Below are positions 51,837 to 60,208 of a DNA stretch of 64,000 nt, in pieces. Both the position numbers and the translations under genes were made by a program. The DNA lies in assembly GCA_964388215.1 (NCBI GenBank), contig CAYLZI010000001.1, positions 6,980-70,979 of the forward strand, in the 5' to 3' direction. Source of the DNA: an uncultured Anaerolinea sp. (GTDB lineage Bacteria > Chloroflexota > Anaerolineae > Anaerolineales > Villigracilaceae). Under the pieces are notes generated by a model. That model was not told the origin of the DNA. It worked only from the letters and a program-made list of their open reading frames with translations, and searched no databases. Each line of letters opens with the position of its first letter. Position 1 is the first letter of the stretch.

Positions 51837-52448
51837 ATGAAACGATTTTTCATATTTTCTCTTTTTTTGTTGGCTTTCACAGTCTCCTGTGCCTCGCCTA
51901 CCCCAAACCCACAGGCGCAAATCCAGGCGGCGGTGGCTGCTACCCTGGCAGCCATTCCGCCCAACACGCCTGCCCCCATCCCCACACCCTACCCAACCTC
52001 AACGCCAGTTTCACTGGTCAACCTGTTTTGCTCATACCGCTTCTGCATCGGCCACCCGCAAGATGCTTACCTGATTGACCAGGGAGCGCGGCGCAATCCA
52101 CCCATCCCCAGCACCTACGATTACGGCGTTTTGTTCAGTTACAGCACCAACCTATTCCTGCAAATGGCCTGGACTCTCAGCGGGCCATCTTTTGACCCGC
52201 AGGGCGCAATGCGTTTAATTATGGATGAAACCGAGCAATTTCAGGGCGGGATGGAGACCATCCTGACACCGACCCTGAATATTTTTTACATCCCCATTAA
52301 TATTTCCAGCCAATCCACGCTGCCCTTTGGCGGGATGGCTGCCTGGCAATGCGGCGGGCGCAATTTTGTCTGGAAGATTTACACGCTGCAAGACGGCATG
52401 GCGCCGGGCTTGCTGAAGCAAGCAGTAGACCAGTTCCGGTGTGAGTGA
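51837..52448 (+). CDS. Putative lipoprotein, unknown function
   Basis: Signal peptide with lipobox-like LAFTVSC, followed by a Pro/Thr-rich linker. Confidence 0.55.
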   Translation: MKRFFIFSLFLLAFTVSCASPTPNPQAQIQAAVAATLAAIPPNTPAPIPTPYPTSTPVSLVNLFCSYRFCIGHPQDAYLIDQGARRNPPIPSTYDYGVLFSYSTNLFLQMAWTLSGPSFDPQGAMRLIMDETEQFQGGMETILTPTLNIFYIPINISSQSTLPFGGMAAWQCGGRNFVWKIYTLQDGMAPGLLKQAVDQFRCE

Positions 52449-52453
52449 AAAAG

Positions 52454-52487
52454 AAACGTCCCGAAGATATAAGCCTTCGGGACGTTT
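52454..52487. terminator. Bidirectional rho-independent terminator between convergent genes
   Basis: 13-bp stem AAACGTCCCGAAG / CTTCGGGACGTTT with an 8-nt loop. T-runs follow on both strands. Confidence 0.8.
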
Positions 52488-52489
52488 TA

Positions 52490-53686
52490 TCACGCCAAAA
52501 CTGCTGCCCTTGCCTGCCTGAAATGCGCTCGGTCGTGTTCCACCATAAACCCGGCCAATTCGCGCAGGTGGGTTGGCCCAAAGATGGTGTGCCTGGCTGG
52601 GCGATCCCACTCTTGCAGAGAGAGTATTTTCAGCCTTTCCACCAGGCGGGCACGGGCGGTCACAAACTGCTGGAAGGCCAACGCACCATCTTGCTCAATA
52701 TAGCGGCGCTCCTCGGCCCAGGGGTCGGTATTTTGCCCGGCAACGACCGGGTTTTCTCCGCCCAAAACCGCCTCGACGCGCAGCAGATTCACTTCGGCAT
52801 CCACATCGCGCAGGTGACAGAGAATCTCGTTCAAGGCCCATTCTCCCGGCGCGGGGCGGCGATGCCACTTTTCTGGCGGGGTGATGCGGGTAAGGTGGTG
52901 CATCAGCGCGGGCGCGGCATGGAGCGCAGCAACCAGGGCTGAGGGGGAGGAAAAATCGGCTTTTAGCGCGGATACATCTGTCGTTTCGAGGAATGCCCTT
53001 AAGTCGGATAATGTCCCCTGTGGGATTCCTTCCGCATCGGGCGAGGACTGCCCATTGGTCTTGAGCCAGAAAACAGGGATGCCAGCCTGACGAGCAGGGA
53101 TAACATCCCGCTCGATGCTGTCTCCAACCATCAGCAGAGGACTCTCTCCATTCCAACCCAGGTGGCCGAGGAATTCGCCAAAATAGGCCACCGAGGCTTT
53201 GGCAAAGTGGAAGGTTTGGAAGTCGGAAACCAGGCGAAAGGGGTAGGTTTCGGGGGCCAGTTCAGCCCAACGCAGGCGGTGCAGAATGGCTTTGCGTGGG
53301 AAGAGCGGGTCGGTGGCAACCGATACGTCCCAGCCGCGTGAGAGCGCCCATTCGACCAGTGATATGGCTTCGGGGCGCGGCTGGGTAAGCGGCTGGAGCG
53401 TGGGGAAAATCTCGTCGTAGAATTGTTCAATTTGGTCGGCGACGGCTTCGCGGGTTGTCCCCAGTGGCGGGTAAAATTGTTCGCTGAAGACTTGTTCGAG
53501 GGTTTGGTCGACGCGGGTGCTGCGGTACATCGCCATTGTGGAACGCATGAGTTCCTGAAGCATTTGCTGGGGCGGCACGAAATCGGCCAGGTGCGCAGCC
53601 AGTTTTTGAAAATAAATTGGAACAAGGGATTCAATGTTTGAATCAAGCAGGGTGTCGTCGAGGTCGAAGAGCAGGTGGAAGGTCAT
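52490..53686 (-). CDS. HAD-superfamily hydrolase fused to a DinB-like domain
   Basis: Start trimmed to ATG 53686. HAD motif I LLFDLDDTLL, with GDSIERD late. The C-terminal ~150 aa has DinB-type His landmarks (ILCHLRDVD, VEHDRAHFRQ). Confidence 0.75.
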   Translation of the reverse strand: MTFHLLFDLDDTLLDSNIESLVPIYFQKLAAHLADFVPPQQMLQELMRSTMAMYRSTRVDQTLEQVFSEQFYPPLGTTREAVADQIEQFYDEIFPTLQPLTQPRPEAISLVEWALSRGWDVSVATDPLFPRKAILHRLRWAELAPETYPFRLVSDFQTFHFAKASVAYFGEFLGHLGWNGESPLLMVGDSIERDVIPARQAGIPVFWLKTNGQSSPDAEGIPQGTLSDLRAFLETTDVSALKADFSSPSALVAALHAAPALMHHLTRITPPEKWHRRPAPGEWALNEILCHLRDVDAEVNLLRVEAVLGGENPVVAGQNTDPWAEERRYIEQDGALAFQQFVTARARLVERLKILSLQEWDRPARHTIFGPTHLRELAGFMVEHDRAHFRQARAAVLA

Positions 53687-54012
53687 GGTTTCACGTCGAA
53701 GATGGGGGGCAAAGGGTGGCATTCGCCGCAGCCAACGTGCGGCTCTTTAACATTGCGTTTGGTTTTGCTGCAATAGGCTGCGATTTGTACGCGGCGCATG
53801 AACATGGCGCTGAAGGGGCGGGCAACGCTTGGTTTAAGTTGCTGGTGTTCACAGGCGTTGGCGCGGACGATGCCGAGCACGGGGCAAGTTTTGCACAGGT
53901 CGGGCGACCAATCTTGCCCGGCGGCTTTGAGCAGGCGGCATTCTTCTACGGTGCGCCCGCGAAAGTAGTCGCCATAAAAATAGGTGCAGTCAATGCCAGA
54001 GGGAGTGCGCAT
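53683..54012 (-). CDS. Small Cys-rich protein (8 Cys, two CxxC), unknown function
   Basis: 109 aa. CKTC and CGEC pairs plus 4 further Cys. ATGA overlap with the downstream HAD-DinB gene. Confidence 0.5.
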   Translation of the reverse strand: MRTPSGIDCTYFYGDYFRGRTVEECRLLKAAGQDWSPDLCKTCPVLGIVRANACEHQQLKPSVARPFSAMFMRRVQIAAYCSKTKRNVKEPHVGCGECHPLPPIFDVKP

Positions 54013-54014
54013 GG

Positions 54015-54076
54015 GGATTTACGATTTACGATTTTGGATTTTCGGTTTGTCGAGTAACGATTTTCGATTTCGGATT
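54015..54076. repeat. Heptanucleotide-type repeats (CGATTT[T/A] units) in the leader region
   Basis: GGATTTACGATTTACGATTTTGGATTTTCGG (54015-54045) and CGATTTTCGATTTCGGATT (54058-54076). Confidence 0.6.
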
Positions 54077-54084
54077 GTAACATC

Positions 54085-54116
54085 AAAGCGAAAGCCCCGG
54101 GCGCAAATCCCAGGGC
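54085..54116 (-). terminator. Rho-independent terminator of efp
   Basis: Minus strand reads GCCCUGGG-AUUUGCG-CCCGGGGC (one G-U pair) followed by UUUCGCUUU, 38 nt after the efp stop. Confidence 0.55.
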
Positions 54117-54153
54117 TATTCTTCAAATTTTCTTCAACCTTTAACGCTGCGGT

Positions 54154-54711
54154 TCAGACGCGGGTGACGTATTCGCCAGTGCGGGTGTCAACGCGGATGA
54201 CGTCGCCTGTTTTAACGAAGTTGGGACACTGCACTTCAACGCCGGTCTCGGTGCGGACTTTTTTGGTGACGCCGGTGGCGGTGTCGCCGCGCACGGCGGT
54301 TTCGGCGTATTCAACCAGCAGGTCTACGGTAATGGGCATTTCGACATCCAGCGGCTCGCCTTTGTAGAAGGTCAGTTTGCATTCCATGCCTTCTTTCAGG
54401 AATTGCGCGCTATCGCCGAGCACGTCAGCCTTGACGGCAGGCTGGTCAAAGGTGTCGTTATCCATGAAGTAGTACAAATCGCCGTCGCTATAAAGATATT
54501 GCGAGTTGTGAAAATCCAGGTTGGCTTCTGGCACGCGGTCGCCAGACTGGAAGGTTTTTTCAATATTCGAACCACTGCGCAGGTTGCGGGCTTTGATGCG
54601 GATGCTGGCATTGCCGCGCCCCGATTTGTTGTGGCTATAATCCAACACCTTAAAAAGTTGGCCGTCCAGTTCAAAGGTGACGCCTTTGCGTAAATCGTTT
54701 ACATCAATCAT
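54154..54711 (-). CDS. efp: Elongation factor P
   Basis: 185 aa. Full-length colinearity with EF-P (DLRKGVTFELDG..., KSGRGNA loop, VDTRTGEYVTRV end). Confidence 0.95.
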   Translation of the reverse strand: MIDVNDLRKGVTFELDGQLFKVLDYSHNKSGRGNASIRIKARNLRSGSNIEKTFQSGDRVPEANLDFHNSQYLYSDGDLYYFMDNDTFDQPAVKADVLGDSAQFLKEGMECKLTFYKGEPLDVEMPITVDLLVEYAETAVRGDTATGVTKKVRTETGVEVQCPNFVKTGDVIRVDTRTGEYVTRV

Positions 54712-54840
54712 GTCTTTCCTCTTTTTGCTTGCGGGTGAAATTGAGCGGCGGGATTATAGCATTGGAGGGGCGGGCTTGGCAAGGTGACCAAAAATCCGTC
54801 GCTTTTTGCGTAAGGGTTTTTCTTTTCCAACATCTTCAAA

Positions 54841-55080
54841 TCAAAGAATCGCTATCTTTCCCGTTACAAACAGCACGGCCACGCCAATCAGGCAAATCAC
54901 CAGGAACAACAATGTGGAAAGGACAAAGCGCTGCGCTGCTGTCATGCCCAAGATTTTCTTGCTTTTTTTCTTTCTAACCACCGGGCGGTTGGAAACAGCC
55001 AGGACAGGCTGGGGCTTATCTACCTGCTCGCCTTCAAAAATTGGTTGGCTGCTATCGCGTAAATCGTCAAACATGTTCAC
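54841..55080 (-). CDS. Small single-pass membrane protein
   Basis: 79 aa with GAGGTG SD. A basic stretch (RKKKSKK) precedes one TM helix. Confidence 0.45.
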   Translation of the reverse strand: MNMFDDLRDSSQPIFEGEQVDKPQPVLAVSNRPVVRKKKSKKILGMTAAQRFVLSTLLFLVICLIGVAVLFVTGKIAIL

Positions 55081-55103
55081 CTCGCGGGTCAGAGTATATC
55101 ATA

Positions 55104-55138
55104 CAGGTTTGGGCCAAAAAATTTCCAGGTTTGGGCCA
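55104..55138. repeat. 13-nt direct repeat CAGGTTTGGGCCA x2, spaced 9 nt
   Basis: Copies at 55104-55116 and 55126-55138, just upstream of the small membrane-protein gene. Confidence 0.6.
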
Positions 55139-55164
55139 GAGTTGGGAGATTTCGGGCTTCATCA

Positions 55165-55980
55165 TCACACAGGGCGCAGATGGACTTCGCCGAAATGGAT
55201 GATTTTTACCACTCCTTCGGGCAATCTCAACTGCAAACTGCCATCCGGTTCGAGGCCATGCGCCTGCCCGATGAGTGTCTCGGCTTCGCTTACCCAGACA
55301 CGCACAGTTTCACCGCGAAAGGCCAGCGCAGACTCCCAGTCGCGCAGGAATATGCCTGATGCCAACATGCCCCTGCGGCGTTGAATCGCTTCGAGCAGAG
55401 TCTTAAGCAGGGTAGCGCGCGAGATAAGGACCTGCCCTTCGGCGTGAACGCAGGTGGCAGGGTAGTTCAATCCTTCAGGAGGCGGGACCGAGCCTGGGCT
55501 AACGTTGATTCCTATTCCCAGAACTACGCTCTCCGCGTCCATCCCCACCCAAACGGTTTCGGCTAAAATTCCGGCCACTTTTTTACGCCGAATCAGCACA
55601 TCATTCGGCCATTTGACCTGCGCTTCAATACCGTGTTGTTTAAGCGCATCTACTAACGCCAGCGCTCCCAGGCCAGAAAACAGGCCAATTTTTTTACGTT
55701 CGATGCCTGTTGGGCGCAAAACCAGGCTAAAGGCGAGCGCGGAGCCGGGCGGGGTAAACCAGCGCCGGCCCTGGCGGCCTCGTCCGTTGGTTTGTTCGTC
55801 GGCAAGGACGAGCGAGAAATCGGGCGCACCTGCTGAGGCCCAGGCCAGGGCTTCGTCGTTGGTAGAGCCGATGGATGCGAAAAATCGCAAACCGCCCGGC
55901 AGGAGTCCCTGCAAGGCGGTCGTAAATTCGGTTTCGTGGGAGTTACTGGAAGATGCCCCAGGGGTTGATATATGCGCCAT
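55165..55980 (-). CDS. birA: Biotin--[acetyl-CoA-carboxylase] ligase (no N-terminal HTH)
   Basis: Motifs TNGRGRQGRRW and KWPNDVLI..KKVAGILAE. The ATG 55980 start is uncertain. Confidence 0.8.
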   Translation of the reverse strand: MAHISTPGASSSNSHETEFTTALQGLLPGGLRFFASIGSTNDEALAWASAGAPDFSLVLADEQTNGRGRQGRRWFTPPGSALAFSLVLRPTGIERKKIGLFSGLGALALVDALKQHGIEAQVKWPNDVLIRRKKVAGILAETVWVGMDAESVVLGIGINVSPGSVPPPEGLNYPATCVHAEGQVLISRATLLKTLLEAIQRRRGMLASGIFLRDWESALAFRGETVRVWVSEAETLIGQAHGLEPDGSLQLRLPEGVVKIIHFGEVHLRPV

Positions 55981-57049
55981 TTCTCCGCGCCTCAAAGTGT
56001 AGGTGCGCTCCAAAGGAATTACCAGTGTTGCCCGATGCGCCAATGACCGCGCCGCGCCCGACTACCGTGCCAACCGATACGTTGATGACGCTCAGGTGGG
56101 CGTAGAGGGTGGTGTAGCCGTTACAGTGGTCTATTACGATGTAGTTGCCGTAGCCATTGTTCCAGCCCCCGGCGGCTTTGGTGACGACGCCGCTGGCGGC
56201 GGCATAGATGGGCGCGCCTTCAACAGCCGCAATATCTATGGCATAGTGACCGGGGAAGTAGTCATTGCCTGAAAGGTAGGTTTCGCCCGCCGGCCATCCA
56301 AACCCGCTGAATGAGACTTTGCAAGTGCCAGGTGCTACGCTGCCGACATCCACGCTGGGGGCTTTCGATTCGCGCCAGCCGCCGGGAATCATAACCCATT
56401 GGCTCAGATTCGGCTGTGGGTTGCTCAAATCCAGGGCGTTGCCCGGCCAATTGATGATGTCTTGGGGGCTGGCGCGATATTCGGCTGCGATTTTTTCAAT
56501 GGTGTCGCCGCCTTTCCACTGGTAGAGCAAGCCATCGGTGGGTGGAATTTGCAATTCCTGACCGGGTTTAAGGCCGTGCGGGTCATCGTTTAAGACGTCG
56601 AAATTTGCCCAGAGCAGGGTTTCGGGTTTGATGTTGAACTCGGTGGCAATCCGATACAAGGCATCTCCGCGCCGCACGGTGTGATTGAGCACTGCGTATT
56701 GTGGGCGCTGCGGGATGATGGTTTCCAGTTTCAGGTCTCGGTCTATAGAGGGCAGGGCAAGCATGGAAACAGCAGGTCCTGGCGCAACCACCCCCATCGG
56801 CGGCTGGGCGCTGACCTGGGTTGGAGCAGCCGTTGGCGGCAGGCTCGGCTCGGTGCTGGCTGAAACGTTGCGGCGCGAAGCGTGCCAATAAGCGAAAATG
56901 CCCAGGCAAAGCACAATCAGCAGTGTAATTCCCCAACTGATAAGGTTAAACCGATAAGAGGATGAAGGGCGTTGCATAGGTTGATATTCGTTATTCAATA
57001 TTCGAGACACATTACTGGATGGTCGAGTTATCGAATATCGCGTTTTCAC
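55943..57049 (-). CDS. LysM-domain M23 family metallopeptidase
   Basis: N-terminal TM helix and two LysM repeats (HTVRRGDALYRIATEF, WKGGDTIEKIAAEY). M23 motifs HYAIDIAA and GNSFGAHLHFE. Confidence 0.85.
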   Translation of the reverse strand: MKTRYSITRPSSNVSRILNNEYQPMQRPSSSYRFNLISWGITLLIVLCLGIFAYWHASRRNVSASTEPSLPPTAAPTQVSAQPPMGVVAPGPAVSMLALPSIDRDLKLETIIPQRPQYAVLNHTVRRGDALYRIATEFNIKPETLLWANFDVLNDDPHGLKPGQELQIPPTDGLLYQWKGGDTIEKIAAEYRASPQDIINWPGNALDLSNPQPNLSQWVMIPGGWRESKAPSVDVGSVAPGTCKVSFSGFGWPAGETYLSGNDYFPGHYAIDIAAVEGAPIYAAASGVVTKAAGGWNNGYGNYIVIDHCNGYTTLYAHLSVINVSVGTVVGRGAVIGASGNTGNSFGAHLHFEARRNGAYINPWGIFQ

Positions 57050-58329
57050 ATACTTTCATGAAGGGTTTCTAAGAAATCTTGGTTGTTCTTGGTTTTGGAC
57101 ATGCGGGTGATAATGGCTTCGGTTGCCACAGTTTGGTCCATGCCTGCGCCCTGCGGCGGGTTGGAGGTCATCTGCCCATACATGCGGCGCATCGTCCAAA
57201 CGCGCTGGAGGATGTCTGGCCCAAGCAACAGGTCTTCGCGGCGGGTGGAGGAGCGTTCGATATCCACTGCCGGGAAGATGCGCCGCTCTTGCAGTTTGCG
57301 CGAGAGGTGCAGCTCCATGTTGCCGGTGCCTTTGAATTCTTCGTAAACGACATCATCGAGCCGGGAGCCGGTATCTACCAGGCAAGTGGCGATGATGGTG
57401 AGTGAGCCACCTTCTTCAATATTACGCGCCGCGCCAAAAAAATGTTTGGGCGGGTAAAGCGCGGAGGGATCCATGCCGCCAGAGAGGGTGCGGCCAGAGG
57501 GGTTCACCGTCAGGTTGTAGGCGCGCGCGAGGCGGGTGATAGAATCCATCAAGATGACGACATGGCGACCAATTTCCACCAGGCGTTTGGCGCGGTCGAG
57601 CGCAATTTCAGCGGTGCGGACGTGTGACGTCACCGGCTCATCAAAAGTGGAGGCAATCACTTCGGCATCCACCGAGCGGTCCATATCGGTCACTTCTTCG
57701 GGGCGTTCGCCAATCAGCGCCACCATCAGGTGAACATCGGGGTACTGGGTCGAAATGGCGTTCGCAATCTGCTTCAAAATGGTGGTTTTCCCGGCTTTGG
57801 GTGGAGAAACAATCAGGCCGCGCTGCCCGCGCCCAATGGGGGTAATCAAGTTAATCACGCGAGTCGCGAGAATATCTCCCCTTGTCTCCAGGTCAAATCG
57901 TTTTTCAGGGAAAATTGGGGTCAGCGATTCAAACTTTGGGCGGCGGCGTGCGTCTTCAGGGTCAACGCCATTGACAGATTCAACCTTCAACATTCCCCAG
58001 TGCCGCTCCGATTCACGCGGCGGGCGCGCGTGACCCAAAATTAGGTCGCCAGAGCGCAGTTCATAACGCCGCAATTGGGCCTGTGAAACGTAAACATCAT
58101 CATCGCTGATGCTGTAACGCGCTGAACGAAGGAAACCGATTCCCTCATCCATAATTTCCAAAATGCCGCCGCGAATTTCAAGTCCTTCGCGCTGGGCTTC
58201 CTCCTGGCGCAAACGAAGCACCAGGGCCTCCTTCTTCAACCGGTTGGCATTCTGGATGCCAAACTCTTTAATTGCCATGTGGCGAAGGTCAGCAAGAGGT
58301 TTACTTTCAAGTTCAAGGATATTCATCAT
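57046..58329 (-). CDS. rho: Transcription termination factor Rho
   Basis: Start trimmed to ATG 58329. Rho N-terminal and RNA-binding domains (GILEIMDEGIGFLR), Walker A SPPKAGKTT, full-length colinearity. Confidence 0.95.
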   Translation of the reverse strand: MMNILELESKPLADLRHMAIKEFGIQNANRLKKEALVLRLRQEEAQREGLEIRGGILEIMDEGIGFLRSARYSISDDDVYVSQAQLRRYELRSGDLILGHARPPRESERHWGMLKVESVNGVDPEDARRRPKFESLTPIFPEKRFDLETRGDILATRVINLITPIGRGQRGLIVSPPKAGKTTILKQIANAISTQYPDVHLMVALIGERPEEVTDMDRSVDAEVIASTFDEPVTSHVRTAEIALDRAKRLVEIGRHVVILMDSITRLARAYNLTVNPSGRTLSGGMDPSALYPPKHFFGAARNIEEGGSLTIIATCLVDTGSRLDDVVYEEFKGTGNMELHLSRKLQERRIFPAVDIERSSTRREDLLLGPDILQRVWTMRRMYGQMTSNPPQGAGMDQTVATEAIITRMSKTKNNQDFLETLHESM

Positions 58330-58567
58330 GGGTTTTTCTCTGCTTGGGAAATGGGATGTGGCAAACAAAAGCCCCGTCCCAGGAATAAGGACGTGGTGAA
58401 GGTTTTAATTTTTAGAATCGGGAAATCTTCTCATGAAACCTGGCCCCGCGGCCACCCTTGTTACAATTTTATTTTCAACCGTTCGGGGAATTGCATTGAT
58501 TATAGCACGATTTTTTCATGTGGAATGACAATTTCATGACGTCGTTGCCAACCTGAAACAGGCTCCG

Positions 58568-60205
58568 TCAAATAAGCGTCATCGCGCACCCATCGGCGCG
58601 AGGGTCGCTCCCCGCTAAAAGCGTGCCGCCGCTATCACGGAGAATCACCTGTCCCCGGCCAAAGAGCGCCCGCCCCCAACCGCTAACCGGGCGGACGAGA
58701 TGCCCCATATCAGCCAGGGAAGCCATCGTCTGAAGCGGAATCCCCTCTTCGAGCGCTACCGCATCTGATGACTTGCCGTCCTCCAAACAAAAACGCGGCA
58801 TGTCGAGAGCAGATTGCGGGTCGAGGCCATCGGCCATGAGCGCCAGACCAACCTGGACGTGTCCCTGCGGCTGCATAAATCCGCCCATCACGCCGAATGG
58901 GCCAAAAAGCGAGCCATCCGCCTCGCAAGTGATCAGGCCAGGGATAATCGTGTGGTAGGGCCGCTTGCGAGGTTCCAGGCGATTGGGGTGGGCCGGGTCG
59001 AGGCTGAAGTTGTGTCCCCGGTTCTGGAGGGTAAATCCCCAGCCCTGAGGAACAATTCCCGTGCCGAATCCCATGTAATTGCTGTTGATGAAGGAGCATG
59101 CGTTGCCCCACTTATCGGCAACGCAGAAGTAAACCGTATCCGACGAGGCAAACGGGCGTCCGCGCTTCTGGTTGAGGGTGGCGCATTTGGGATTTATTAG
59201 TTTGCGCCGTTCAGTGGCGTATTCTTTGGAGAGTAACCACTGCCAACCGGAGTCCAACGTCTCCTGACGTTGGAAAGATGGGTCGGCGACATACCAGCGT
59301 GTATCGGCAAAGGCCAGCCGCAAGGATTCGATTTCGAGATGCAGTCGTTCAACCGAGAGTGGATTCAGCCCGGCGAGGTCGAATCCCTCCAGCAGGTTGA
59401 GCGCTAACAATGCAGTAATCCCCTGCCCGCTGGGTGGGCATTCATAGACACGAAAATCGCCAAAGGTGACGCTGGCGGGCGTCTCCCAAGTGGATTTGTG
59501 CGTAACAAGGTCCTCGGCGGTCATGCAGCCGCCCACGCTTTGCAAGACTTTCAGAATGGCTTCGGCAATTTCGCCCTCGTAAAAAGCCTGCTTGCCGCCC
59601 TCGGCAATCGTTTTAAGGGTACGCGCCAGGCCAGGGTTGCGGAAAATCTCCCCGGCGCGAGGCCCGCGCCCCTCGATGGTCAGTTCGTGGCCGTTGGGGG
59701 CAGTTTTTAATTGTCGTTCCGCGCCGCGCCCCCAAAAATAGGAGGTGAGTGGGGCAACCGGGAATCCATGTTCAGCCAGGAGAACCGCCGGGGAAAGGAT
59801 TTCGGACATTGCAAGCGTGCCATGCCGCGCGATGAGGTCACACCAGCCAGCACATGCCCCAGGTACGGTAACAGTATGCGGGTGGAAGGCGGGCAGGTCA
59901 GAACCCAGCCCCTCGCGCCGGAGGCGTTCGAGCGTCAATCCGGATGGAGCGCGGCCTGAGCCATTTAGCGCCGTCACTTGTTGAGTCTGGGAATTGTAGA
60001 ACAGCGCGAACATATCACCGCCCAAGCCGGTGGAGATTGGCTCGGTGACATTAAGCGCAGCGGCGACGGCGACAGCCGCATCGGCGGCGTTACCGCCCCG
60101 CGCCAATATTTCTAACCCGGCGGCAGTGGCTAACGGCTGGGAGGCGGCCACCATGCCGCCCCTGCCATAAATTGTGGAGCGTTGCGAGTTGAATTCTGGG
60201 TTCAT
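58568..60205 (-). CDS. ggt: Gamma-glutamyltranspeptidase
   Basis: Motifs GGNAADAAVAVAAALNVTEP and GLGGDMF. Autoprocessing/nucleophile region SSDTVYF. GGFMQPQG. Confidence 0.9.
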   Translation of the reverse strand: MNPEFNSQRSTIYGRGGMVAASQPLATAAGLEILARGGNAADAAVAVAAALNVTEPISTGLGGDMFALFYNSQTQQVTALNGSGRAPSGLTLERLRREGLGSDLPAFHPHTVTVPGACAGWCDLIARHGTLAMSEILSPAVLLAEHGFPVAPLTSYFWGRGAERQLKTAPNGHELTIEGRGPRAGEIFRNPGLARTLKTIAEGGKQAFYEGEIAEAILKVLQSVGGCMTAEDLVTHKSTWETPASVTFGDFRVYECPPSGQGITALLALNLLEGFDLAGLNPLSVERLHLEIESLRLAFADTRWYVADPSFQRQETLDSGWQWLLSKEYATERRKLINPKCATLNQKRGRPFASSDTVYFCVADKWGNACSFINSNYMGFGTGIVPQGWGFTLQNRGHNFSLDPAHPNRLEPRKRPYHTIIPGLITCEADGSLFGPFGVMGGFMQPQGHVQVGLALMADGLDPQSALDMPRFCLEDGKSSDAVALEEGIPLQTMASLADMGHLVRPVSGWGRALFGRGQVILRDSGGTLLAGSDPRADGCAMTLI

Positions 60206-60208
60206 TTT

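Noticed and set aside
58499-58531. Candidate sigma-70 promoter for rho (minus strand TTGTCA ... TGCTATAAT)
   Set aside because: The -10 is good but the spacer to the only -35-like hexamer is 21 nt. That is not supportable as a promoter without mapping data.
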